In this document: positions 11,104 through 22,769 of the stretch, one piece after another
How positions within the stretch are numbered: position 1 is the stretch's first letter
Layout: the number at the start of each line of letters is the position of its first letter
NCBI GenBank assembly: GCA_964035545.1
Contig: CAXIUT010000114.1
Span: forward strand, 1-25,130
DNA length: 25,130 nucleotides
Direction: 5' to 3'
Origin: Bugula neritina
Taxonomy: Eukaryota; Animalia; Bryozoa
Notes under the pieces: generated by a model
Databases searched by the model: none
The model's input: the letters and a program-made list of their open reading frames with translations, nothing else
What the model was told of the DNA's origin: nothing
Program-made: the position numbers and the translations under genes

Positions 11104-13580
11104 ATGGGAAAGAAAGGAAAATACAGACAGCAATAAGAAGAAGAACAGCCTAAAAAGAAAACTATGATCACTGAATAACAACTCATGGATAAAACTCACA
11201 TGGATAAAACATAGTTTATTCCACTACTACCCTCAGAATCATTATATCCTCCTTTCATCTATAACTCATACTCAGAAACTGCCCTCGAAAAAATAGTATC
11301 CGATCTCAACTACCTCCTCTACACCACTTTCAAATAGTTCTGGGCTACTCTACTCTACAACCCGACTCTCAAACACTGCCTATCATCCTGTCTCACCTAC
11401 CTTCATAGACGATGGCTCAACAACTACGTTTTTTCAAAGCAATCCTTTGACGAGTTTTAAAAAGAGGAAATTTGCCAATAAAACTATGGACAGGTGAAAT
11501 AACAGATGTCATACTAGACAACATAAGGATTAACCAAAGTTATTCTCTTAATCTACCATAGAATAGTCAGTTTTAATTCTTAAAATAGCTAACTATCAAT
11601 GCTCTACAAAATACCATAGTAAATAACAACTAAGTACCTCATAGATGTCCCTAGACTTCTATAAATATGCTAAATATTTGGATAAAGTAATGGTCATATA
11701 GTTAAATATATAATTAAAATGTACGCAAATACAAGAAAAGACTTTTTCAATGAAATAACCAATACAGTATTGCCTCTACTTTTTAGAAAAGTCTAATAAC
11801 TGATTAGAACAACCAAAGGTCAAACAGATAGATAATAATATGGCATTAATTTTAGTTATCAAAGGCTGGCAGGGATGAAACTGAGTCAAGGATAATAATA
11901 GCTACAAAAGAAGACAAATATTCTAATGCAATATCTTAGTTTTATCTCTATGATTGGTTCTTTGATAAAATTCTTTCCTTAAGACTGCAAAGACCATTGC
12001 TACTACAACTCACAAGTTCATGTTTTGTTTTAAAACATATTTTTGTAGTTATAAGTAGCATACAAGAGTTGGAACTATCAATCCCAATAGATAAAGTTTT
12101 TAGGAATGATTAATACAGTAACCAAAAGATGTATTGACTATTTTGTTTAATATTTCAAAAGATGCAACTAGATTTTAGTTGAAAAACATAAGACTCATTA
12201 TCTATAAGCCTATGTACTTAGCTTATAAAGGATATTTAAAGATTTCGGGAGAAGATTAAACATAGGCAAAAAGAATCAAAATAGAAATTTACTTATGTAC
12301 AAAAATAATACAAAAATAATTTGATATTCACAGTATGCTACATAACATTTATAAAATTGATATTGACTATTAGTGCTATCAATTCAACCTCTAGTATCTC
12401 AAAGATATCATCATTTCATTCGATAATTAATTCAAATAATAGTATCTGGCTGAGGAATAACCCAGGCAGTAATAAATAGAATAATAAACTCAACCAGATC
12501 TTCAAAAACAAGAATAAATATCCCCTTAAAATAAAATCAATTCATAAAAATAATTAAAAAAGAAGTAATAAAAGGAGTCAAAGAAGAAGGAATAAAAGGA
12601 GTCAAAGAAGAAGTAAAAGAAGGAGTAAGAGAAGGAGTAAGAGAAGGAGTAAAAGAAGGAGTAAGAGAAGGAGTAAGAGAAGGAGTAAGAGAAGGAGTAA
12701 AAGAAGGAGTAAGAGAAGGAGTAAGAGAAGGAGTAAAAGAAGGAGTAAGAGAAGGAGTAAGAGAAGGAGTAGTAAGATGTGAATATAAATAAAAAAGAGA
12801 AAGAGGTAATGAAAGATGATATGGCGTCATTATAGTTATTAGTACCAAAAAGAATGAGAAGTGAAGATTACTACTAAAAATTATATGCGAATTTTAACAA
12901 AAATTATTATAAAGGATAGTATGATGATGATTATGATTAAATAGCTGATCATGATAAACGTCCTCTCTTCTATGAGTAAGATTCTTCCAGCTAATAAGAA
13001 GAGGAAAAATAAAAAAGACTTGTTAGTAACTCAAAATATCTAGAACATATCAACAGCATTCATCATCATAAATATTAAGTCAACAGGCAAGAAGTCAGAT
13101 AAAAATATATCAATCAGCCCAAATATGGAAGAACCCATCATGAAGATACTAAAAATAATCCAAATACCAGCTACAATTGTAACAAAAACAACAATACTAA
13201 CAAAAACAACAATACTAACAATAATAATAGTAATAGTAATAACAACAATAACAGTAACAACAACAATAACAGTAACAACAGTAGTAATAGCACAAAGAAC
13301 ACAAAATATGCTATAAAAAAATGATAAAAATGTTGATCAAAACAAGAAAAAATACGTATAAAAAAGGTCATAGATCAAAGAAGAATTTTAGTAGGAAGAC
13401 AAAAGGTGTGAGTACAGATAAAAAGAGGAGTTGGGATAAAAGGAGTAAGAGCAAAGAGGAGGTCAAGGCTACAAGAAAAGCAATAAAAGTTATGCCTATA
13501 AGCCTAAAGATAAGCATGAAAATAATGATAAGGGCAGAAACAAAAACAAAACAAAATAGTATAAAGAAAAAAGATATTGA
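11104..13580 (+). CDS. ASCC2: Activating signal cointegrator 1 complex subunit 2-like, about 806-824 aa, with two +1 frame breaks (near 12300-12324 and 13272-13324)
   Basis: DLNYLLYTTFKEFWATLLYNPTLKHCLSSCLTYLHRRW, VILLIYHRI, IDVPRLLEICEIFGESN and EYDDDYDE parallel ASCC2 blocks. How the breaks resolve is uncertain. Confidence 0.78.
12556..12772 (+). repeat. Coding 12-bp repeat TAA(G/A)AGAAGGAG encoding (EEKE)n inside ASCC2
   Basis: Visible tandem repeat, read as a Glu/Lys tract in the ASCC2 frame. Confidence 0.9.
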
Positions 13581-13671
13581 TTTAACTCTTGAATTTCATT
13601 AGTATTAATAAAGAGTATTATTTGTTAAATTTATTTAAATTAATAAAATATTCAGAAGAATGTACTAACAA

Positions 13672-14687
13672 TCATTGTTTATTCAACCTATCTAATTCTC
13701 TATTCAATATTTATTCTGTATTTTACGACAGAACTTCAACTTCTTTCCTTAAATTGTTATAAAATCTCATCTTTATAAAAGATTAAGTCTCTTTTGCCTT
13801 TCTCTTTTCATTGCCAGTTTAAATATGTTTTTTATCCTCAACTCCTATCTATTTTTAGTTTTTTACACTACTACAATGATTGCTTTATTTTATCTGTGGA
13901 ATAAAAGGAACCTACTCATATCTACTATTTATTTAATGGTAAAATTTATTCAAAAACTGCTTATTTCCTATATTTTTACCTGACTTTGAGTCAAAAATAT
14001 TTCCTATAAATTTTTATAAATATTGATTCAAGTTATCTTCTACATCTATATCTTTTTAGATAACTATTGATCTCTTTTAGTTAATAACTCTTTCAATAGT
14101 TAGTAGTATATTTTTGAGGTCCATTTTCAAATTATTTTATTTTCTCTTTATTTGATATATATTTTTTACTTTATCAATAATCATTTTCAAAGGAACCACT
14201 ATTTCTTCAGATTAAGGCATTTAGATAATAATATTTTGAGACTAACTAAATAGTTTAAACTTCTCTTGACTTCTAAAGTATGGAAGTTTAATCTTCTTGG
14301 ATAAAAATTTTATATCCTCTTTTGACTATGAAATCCCATGAAGATACCTTTCAATAGATAAAGATAATGATTTCTATACTAGTTAAGAGTTACATCTTCA
14401 AATTTAAGAAATCTAAATGATCGAACCAAAGATGCCCTACTCACTTATTTCTATTTACAATCATCCCCTTTCTCTCGACTTCTCAAATTCTTTAAAACTT
14501 CCTCTCTCTTACTACATTTATTTTGTTTTATTCTGGACATTTTGCTTGTCTTCATCATAAAGGATTTATTCATTTTAGATAGAAAAGAAGAATTAAACAT
14601 CTACCCGTCATATTGAGACAAATCTGTTTGCATAGCCATCTCTTTTTGTCCTTTTTTGCTTGGAAACAAAGAATTTACCTTTATCAT
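13672..14687 (-). CDS. Hypothetical protein, about 331 aa, one 20-nt intron at 14374-14393
   Basis: ATG 14687; intron GTAACTCTTAACTAGTATAG joins FLKFED to KSLSLSIERYL; TGA at 13674-13672. Confidence 0.65.
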
Positions 14688-14748
14688 CTTTGTAGAAGAA
14701 TAGAATATATCAATTAGATTTCATTATTTAATTTCATTATTTATAGCC

Positions 14749-16468
14749 ATGAGTAGATACGCTTAAAAAAAGGTCTCCTACAAAGCCAAAGAACAAATCT
14801 CCTCCAAGTATGGTTTCGAATACGACTAAAGCACTATCAACTACCGCACCTAAATACCTGACTTTCCATAAAAAACAAAAAATAGACCTGATGATAAAAA
14901 CAAACTCAAAAAGATACAGTAGATTGATGATAAAATTCAAAAGCTAAAATAATCAAGACAGTAAAAGAAGTCTGAGATAAAGAAGTTAAACTCATCGTTC
15001 GATGAAGAAATAAATGAATACAAGGATCAAGTATCTTTGGGAAGAAGATGTATTGAAGTGCTAGAATTTGATATTGAGAAAATAGGCTATGAGATAGGTA
15101 GAAAGAGTGGAATAATAAAAAGATTTCAGAGTAGAGCATAAGATTTTGTTTCTAATATCAGATAGTTAAAAAATAAAACTAGAGGGAACAAAAAAATGAA
15201 TAAGACTTATGATGAGATGACCAATAGAGAACTAGATAACTAGAAATCAAGAATATAAAGTATAATGTCAACAAAAATATTAAATAAAAAAGAATAAACT
15301 TAACTAAACAACAAATTACTTAAGATAGATAGAATAAAAGTAGAACCAAATAGAAATATATTTAATAATGATAATCCTGAAGAACAAAAAAAGATAATAG
15401 AATTATAAGACTAAATTAAATCTATTAGAGATAAGTAACATAAAGTCAAAAATGAAAGAAATAATCTTTTCCAAGAAAAAGATTAACTAGAATTAAAAAT
15501 ATAAGATATCAGGTAAGATATTCAAGATATCATTGATAAACTTAAAGAAGTAGCATAGGTAGCTGATTCTAACTAAGATGTAAAAAAGTTATCATAATAG
15601 TCAAAAAAAATTAAATAATCTATTTATAAACTTAGATAAGATATAGCTAAAATAAACTCAGATTATTAATAAAAAGTAAAATAGTATTAAACAGAACAAT
15701 AAAAGATAAAATGGATAGCTTGGGCTACTAAAATTCAATAGAAAAGAAGATAAGAGTGGGATTAGTAAAAAGCATAAAGAAAAAAACAAAAATTAAGATA
15801 AAAAAATGCATAAAAATAAGGTAAAACTAAAGATAATAACAAAACTAAAGATGGTAAAAACAAATGATGATAAAAAATAATAGTAAAAACCTCAATATTA
15901 AAGAAAAATAATCAATAAAAATCAAAAATAAATAGATACTTGTACTTTCTTGATTGATTATTGTAAAAGACTTTATCCAACCTCACCTTCTAACTTTAAA
16001 GGAATTAAATAAAGACAATAAGTTAATATCGATAATGAACTTAAAAAAGGTCAATGGGCTAAATAAAAAGGAGTTTCGATTGTTTAATGCAAAAAGAAAA
16101 AAGGAGATGAATAAGAAACATCAAAAGTCAAATATAATAGAAAAAAACATCAAAAATAAAAAGACTAAGATTAATAAATAGTACCAACTAATCGATTCTC
16201 TCATAATTACTTTACTGCTCAATCTTTCGACTCAGTTAAAGTACTTCCTCCAGCAAAAGTATAGTAACTTGAGGCAATAATTAAAGATCTCTAAGATAAA
16301 GTTGAATACTACTTGAGTCACCCTCAAGAAAGTGTTGAACAGAAATTTGCTAAAGACAAGCACTTTGTCGAAAAAGCAGTTCAAAACTAAGAAACAAAAC
16401 CAAAATATAACAAGTATAAACCTCAAAACAAGAGTGTAATTAACAACGATGACTTCCCAAGTCTATGA
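14749..16468 (+). CDS. Bfr1/proton-pump-interactor-like coiled-coil protein, about 572 aa, with a +1 frame break near 15856-15867
   Basis: Long coiled coil, then in the +1 frame EIDTCTFLIDYCKRL, FSHNYFTAQSFDSVKVLPPAKVEELEAIIKDLEDKVEYY and terminal DDFPSL. Family call from recalled motif layout. Confidence 0.7.
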
Positions 16469-16556
16469 TTGAACCCTTAGTAAATTCATCTAAAATACTA
16501 TAAATAAATATTAATGTTAATAGATAAAATTAATCATAATAACAAATATATTAAAA

Positions 16557-18218
16557 TCACAACTATTTCTTTTTATTTTTTACCATATTAACACAAACTA
16601 ATTCCTGAAGTAGATGATTTTTTTTAATATTTTAATCCTCTTTCAGATTTACTCCTAATTTTTTCCATAAAAGCTTTATATCTTTTCTTGATAAATCAGC
16701 CTTCAAATACTTTTTATATAGTCTCTTCAAATCGTCTTCACTTATTCCCTCACTAAACTATCGAAAAAGCTTATCTACTGAAACCCTTAATTCTCTACAT
16801 TTATTCATAAGTTATATCTTGAATTCATTTATTTTTATCTCATTTTTAGCTGTCATTAATATTAGCTAAAAAAACAACTTTTTTGTACTTAAATCAGTAT
16901 CACTTAAAGATTCAACAAATCTATTTTTTTATATCAAGTTAAACTAATTTTAACAAACGTCAAATATTTAACAAAATTCATTAAAAGATAATCTTGCATT
17001 TTCCTTAGAATATCTTCTAAAAAGTAAATAAACCTAATTCATACTTAGATGATATCCAAATTCTTCGAAATAATCTTTAAAGTTAGAGGCCAAAATAGTA
17101 CCATTTTTATCTTTAGGCAAAGTATCATAAAATAAAACAGGATAAAAGTCAGGACATAGACATAATTATATCCTCAACTCTTAAGTTTTCCATTCAATCA
17201 TTAGAATCTCCTTAAGTTTCAATAAAATCAAACATATATTTCTTCTATATAACAGCTATTATTGACTTACTTTTGATACTAACTTTATTTTGTGATTAGA
17301 ATCTATCCTATGTATATGCTTCTATATTGATTTTTTCTTTCTAATAGCTCCATCATAGTTGTATATAGGACGATGCAAACAGTCATAAAATTAAGGTCTC
17401 ATCATCATCCTCGATTTTTTAGATGATAAAGGCTTTATATCTTTGTACGATTGACAAGATAGTAGAGATTTAGGACTTGTTGGACAAGTTATCATCGTAC
17501 TTATTTTGTTGAATTTACAAGCACTATCCTAATTCATAGTTTTAATTTTTTCCGAAAGACAACCCGTCCATAATGATTTCAACCTCTAAGCAGTTATATT
17601 ACCTGTAATCTTCAAATATCTAGTAAAAAATTAACTTTTATTTATCTCTTCATCTTAATCATCCCAAAACTATCTATTATTAAACTCACCTAAAAGTTCA
17701 CAATCTAAATCTCCATTTTAATCAGTCATTTCGGCTATCCATTTAATTAATTCTTCTGAATCAAGTTAAATTTTAGAACAATAGTGATGAATAGACATAT
17801 CTAGTTCCAATATTTTGACAATAATGTTAAGCAAATAGTTTGGAATAGCACCAATTGCTTACCTTTAGACTGCCATCTTAGCTAAAAGACGATCTTCTTT
17901 ACTCAAAAGTAAAGTAGAAAATTCAACGAAAGATAAACTACATAATATACAAACATACTTCAAACTACTATTATGACTATTCCATCTTACAGATTGTTCC
18001 AACGACTCCACCATATCTTCTTGAACTTTCAAAAAATCACAAAGTTGTTTAAAGCCGATCACTTTTTTATCTTTTGCAACGGATAAATAAGCATCTTTTA
18101 AGTTGAAAGTAATTTCATGGTTTATTTCTTGTCTAAGAATCTCCATTTAGTTCTCAGCTTAACTAATAAAACTGATAGTATCGATGATTTTTCGTTAAGC
18201 TTCAGTCATATTGATCAT
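16557..18218 (-). CDS. Ciliate-type EF-hand-like repeat protein, about 550 aa; possible in-frame 21-nt intron at 17938-17958
   Basis: One open frame. Repeated modules EILRQEI..FNLKDAY and EELRIELCLCPDFYP..KDKNGTI; YLLFRRYSKENARLSFNEF. Confidence 0.75.
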
Positions 18219-18240
18219 ATTCTACGATTTAAATAATTAA

Positions 18241-19412
18241 TCACTAATCATAATCGATCAAAAGTTTTATTCTAAAACACTTGAACATGCCCTTAATAGA
18301 CTTTCCCAAAGAAATCAACCCTTGTTCTTCCATTTCCTTCAAAAGAATAGTCAAATTGCCCTGAACTACTCCGAATTGACTCAAAACATCAAACATGTCC
18401 TTTTCTAAACATTCTCCCTTATTCTTTTTAAGATATTCTATTATTTTAGAATACAAAGATGGCAACTAGTTAGCTTTGTGTCTTATATTTATCTTTTAAT
18501 CCCATAGCTTTTGCACTTAGTTGATAGTTATTTGTCCCTTATTATCACTTTCAAGATGAATACTTACTGCCTTATGTAAAATTTAAAGAATAGTTCTCAT
18601 ATCGCTGCTATGATGAGCCAGTTTCTTACAAACAAACATCAAAGAATGATGAGAAAAATATTTGCATCCTTCCAATCTCTCATCTAAAATCTATTTAATT
18701 TGTTCATAAGAGTAAGGTTTAAAAACTAAACGATTATCACCCATTCTAGAATTAATTTTTCCAGATAATTTTTCAGGAAAATCCATTGTATTAGCAATGA
18801 TTATGAGACCCAATTTCGAAGTAGCCTGGAAAACCCATTCAAACAAATTATAAAATATTTTTTGATCCTTAGTTAGTAAGAAATCAACTTAATCTATCAC
18901 TATTATCAAAGGATTTTTTAATCGACTTAAAGCATTTGAAATAAGACTTTAATATCCTCCCTTTTTTATTAAATTATCTTCTTTAGATAGTATATTCCAA
19001 ATAGATCTAAAGACGTCTTCAGGTCTTTTGAGTGTCATTGCATTGATAAAACCAAAATTTACCCTTTTTACATAGTGATTGCTCAATCTTTTGAGGATCT
19101 CCATGGTTGAAGCAGTTTTTCCGATTCCTGGTATACCTGAAATATCTGTCTTAACAATTGGGTACATAATGTTTTTGCATTAATACGATTCATCATACAA
19201 TCCTGAATGAACTGACTGATCACCTATTTTTATTCATTTCTACCCACTATTTCATCAGGAATGTAATTGCTAGTCAATCGATTGATATTCCATTTGACTT
19301 TAGGAAGTTAATTCTTAATTATTGATCCTATAGTGGTCTCATTGTTTTTTGATGGCATTGATTTACTCTTTATAGTCTTTTTTTAACATAAAGTCCTACG
19401 ATTTTTCATCAT
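18241..19412 (-). CDS. ORC1: Orc1/Cdc6-family AAA+ ATPase, about 383 aa, one 20-nt intron
   Basis: YIPDEIVGR, Walker A LYISGIPGIGKT, FINAMTL, Walker B IIVIDEVD, YNLFEW, IANTMDFPEK..SRMG, FKPYS. ANTMD favours Orc1, but Cdc6 is not excluded. Confidence 0.88.
19146..19165 (-). other. 20-nt intron GTACCCAATTGTTAAGACAG (Orc1/Cdc6)
   Basis: Removal rebuilds TLYISGIPGIGKT exactly. Confidence 0.93.
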
Positions 19413-19477
19413 TTTATATGAGAATTGATTACATCGCTCCTATCACAAAAATAAGTACGTATAATTATTTTGTTGAT

Positions 19478-20713
19478 ATGTTTTTCGGGCAAGGAGGAAC
19501 TCAAAATCAACCATAAAACTAAGAAAAATAACCAGTTAACACCACTGAATTCTACTAACTACTCGATCTACCTAAAGATGCAACCACTGAACAAATCAAA
19601 AAAGCTTACAGAAAGAAAGCTCTTAAAGAACATCCAGACAGAGGAGGAAATCCATAAAAATTCAGAAGAATCAAATAAGCTAGTGAAGTTCTGACAGATC
19701 CCTAAAAAAGACAACTATATGATGAGTATGGATAAGAAGGTGTAAAAAATGGAGGTCCTCATGCAGGAAATATGTTTGATTTTTTCAATCCAAAACAAGA
19801 CAATAAACCTAAAAAGATGAAACCTAAACTCGTCAAAGTAGAAGTTACACTATAAGAAGTCTATTCGGGTACTATGAAACAAATTACTGTTTCTCGATTT
19901 AGACCTTGTACATAGTGTGAAGGAAAAGGAGGAAAAGAAGGAAGCGTAACTCAGTGTGATACATGCAAAGGCAATGGTATTACAGTCAAAATGGTTCAAA
20001 TAGGACCAGGAATGTTTACTCAAGCTCAAGCAAAATGCGATAAATGTGAAGGTCGAGGTTAAACTATCAAGGAGTAAGATAGATGTAAGGTATGTTTAGG
20101 TAAAAAGGTAAAATAAGAGGAGAAAACACTTGAAGTACCTATAGAGCGAGGAGTGCCTGACTCGCATGACTACGTTCTTTATGGATAGAGTGATGAAATA
20201 CCTGGAATTATAGCTGGTGATGTATATGCTAGAATTAGTATTCTTAAACATGATGTTTACTAAAGAAGAGGAGCAGATCTAGTTATGATCAAAGAAATAT
20301 CACTTTTATAAGCATTGACTGGATTTATGATCAAAATCAAACACATTGATGACAAATAATATATTGTTGCTACTGCTCCTGGCTAAGTACTTTAGAATAA
20401 AGAACTCAAAACAATCAAAAAATTAGGAATGCCTTTCTATAAAGACTCTTTATCATTTGGTAATCTCTATCTCTAGTTTATTGTAACTTTTCCTTCTGAC
20501 AACTCTTTGAACAAAGATCAAGTGGCAGCTTTAAGAAATGTTTTCAAGTATACTGAAACGAACGAAGGATTAGACAAGAATCCTATATCATCAGCTTTAG
20601 ATGATTACTCTGAGGATCTTTTGAACCCAAGATCATCGAAATGTTCTGGATAAGGAGAAGATTAAGAGGATGAAGGTGAAGGAGGTCAAGGAATTCCATG
20701 TCAAGCTCAATGA
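19478..20713 (+). CDS. Type I DnaJ/Hsp40 (DNAJA/Ydj1-like), 411 aa
   Basis: J domain with HPD (KKAYRKKALKEHPDRGG), four CxxCxG zinc-finger repeats, ERRGADL..LLEALTG, GMPFY, C-terminal CaaX-like CQAQ before TGA. Confidence 0.96.
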
Positions 20714-20761
20714 TAGGTTACATCTATGAACTATTTATTAATGATAAAAAATAATTATAAA

Positions 20762-22167
20762 TCAAAAATGTTATTTTTGTATGTTTTTGGCTCCATTAAG
20801 AATGAGTTGATCAACTATTTAAACAACTTTTTTAGAATGATAATCATGATTTCTTTTTTTACTAGGAATAGGACTAGAGTTGAATATTTTATTTCTAAAA
20901 TATGAAGGAATATTATTATATCCTATTACAGCACCTACTAATCCAAGAACTATACTGCAGTTCGTATCACTATTAAACCCTTTAGCTAGAGTTCTAACAC
21001 CAGATTGAATAAAGTTTTTTTTCATATCACTGTAATTGCCATCTATCTCAAGTATTTAGTTGATAGCCATTGTAAAAGGTTGTTTCAAATTATTTGCATT
21101 TCCAGTAGTTATAATAGTTTACTCACCATCTTCAATACATTTCCAGAGATCAATCATCTGTTATGAACCAAAATTATAAACAAATTGAGCTGCTTGATGG
21201 TAGGCTAACTTATGATCACCCGTCAACATTATACAACGCAGCAAATTGGCATATATTAGAGCACTCTATCTGACAAAAGCATTAGGAGCTATCAGTCGCA
21301 TCTACTCTGAATATCTAGAGATTTACCACTAATCAAACGGTTAAACTCATATTCATCTAGCTCTAATGACCAAATAACAAGAGGAATTATTCTCACTAGA
21401 CCTAAGTTACTTTCTTGTTTCATATTTCTCAAAGAACCTGCCAGAAGTTGATCTCCTAAAGTTGACATATCGATTTTTCCGCTTTGTTTTCTTTTCTTTC
21501 TGATTTAACTAAAAGATATTCCTATTAAGACAGGAAGATCGAAAGGCTTACTATCCAACCACTCCAAGTACTTTCGAGCTACAATATTTTGATTATAGCT
21601 TCCTTGACCTTCAATTAATGCCTCGCTTAAAGCCAAATTAATCTACCATTCATCAGTACACTATCCACTTTTAAGATTCATGACGCCTCCACCTCTCATC
21701 AATAAAGCCTAGTTTATTGAGTGAGGATTATAGGGTTTGTTGACAACATAAGCTCCCAGAGAATCACCGATCACAAACCCGAACATAGCACCATAAGCCC
21801 GATTGTAAGTATCATTTTTAGCCAAATTCAAACAACGATGATAAGTCAATAGCTGTGCCTGTACCTGACCTTCAAGAATGTCTAGATACTGACTCTTACC
21901 TTTTTTCATGCTGGAACATTTTGGCTTATCTTCCGATTTATCTTAGTTCACCAGAATATAGCTATGACTTCGACTACTAACAGTTTGCTTCTCTCTTGCT
22001 TTCTGCTCCTCAGTTTTTTGCAAGCTTTGAATGAACATACTAACAGACTCATCAGCCATACTTACCGACTCAAATGAGTGTTCAAAATCATAAACCTAGC
22101 TGCCACTAAAGGAGTATTCTTCTGAAGATTCTGTTCTAATTCTTAACTGAAGTATTTTGGATGCCAT
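20762..22167 (-). CDS. ADP-ribosylglycohydrolase (ARH/DraG) family protein, about 461 aa, one 20-nt intron at 21307-21326
   Basis: RAYGAMFGFVIGDSLG, GGGVMNLKSGECTDEWE, YLEWLDSKPFD, NLGLVRIIP, NSDTNCSIVLGLVGAVIGYNNIP; intron GTAAATCTCTAGATATTCAG restores the frame. Confidence 0.87.
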
Positions 22168-22496
22168 TCGATAGTTATATAGCTATCAATTATCAATAAC
22201 GACATATTCTCTATTCAATCGAATAGTAGCCATAGTATAGTCAATCATATCATCAAGAGAGACAAGGAATTACTTATCATTACAGATAAAATAGAATATA
22301 ATCCTTTATTAAGTCTTTCTAATTCTAACTTATTTTTAAATTCTGATATCCCGCTCATTTAATACTCATCTTCTCTTTCTTCACTAAAACTCCACTTTAG
22401 CTCTTTTTCAATCTCAATGCTCTCTATTCATCTCTAAATCATCCTTATATCCTCTAATTATTCTTATTTAATTTGATCCAATCATATGCAGATCAT

Positions 22497-22769
22497 TCAT
22501 TTCTTCTTGGCAACTCTTTTACTCTTCTTGGCAGCAGGTTTTCTCTTAGGAGCCTTCTTAGCTACCTTCTTGGTCTTCTTTGCTTTAGGTTTGGGAGCAG
22601 AAGCAGCCTTGAGAGTTTCAGCCATAGTTCTAGTCTTGGTAGCTTTCTTCTTAGCCTTGAATCCTGCGGCTGCTGATGCAAGAGTAGCATCCATAGAAGA
22701 AGTTCTCTTCTTCTTTCCAACTCCAGCAGATTTTAAAGTAGCTTTCATTGTTCTTGTAGCTTTAGGCAT
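22497..22769 (-). CDS. Lys/Ala-rich histone H1-like protein without globular domain, 90 aa
   Basis: MPKATRTMKATLKSA...KAPKRKPAAKKSKRVAKKK; composition like ciliate macronuclear H1; no TAR codons. Confidence 0.78.
   Translation of the reverse strand: MPKATRTMKATLKSAGVGKKKRTSSMDATLASAAAGFKAKKKATKTRTMAETLKAASAPKPKAKKTKKVAKKAPKRKPAAKKSKRVAKKK

Noticed and set aside
12537-13371. Minus-strand (TPSL)n and poly-Leu ORFs, and the plus-strand Thr/Ile-rich ORF
   Set aside because: Shadows or off-frame reads of the ASCC2 Glu/Lys and Asn/Ser low-complexity tracts.
22200-22490. Possible ncRNA or tRNA in the long CT-rich spacer between the ARH and H1-like genes
   Set aside because: No cloverleaf, snoRNA boxes or stable hairpin recognised by eye; an Infernal/tRNAscan search would be needed.
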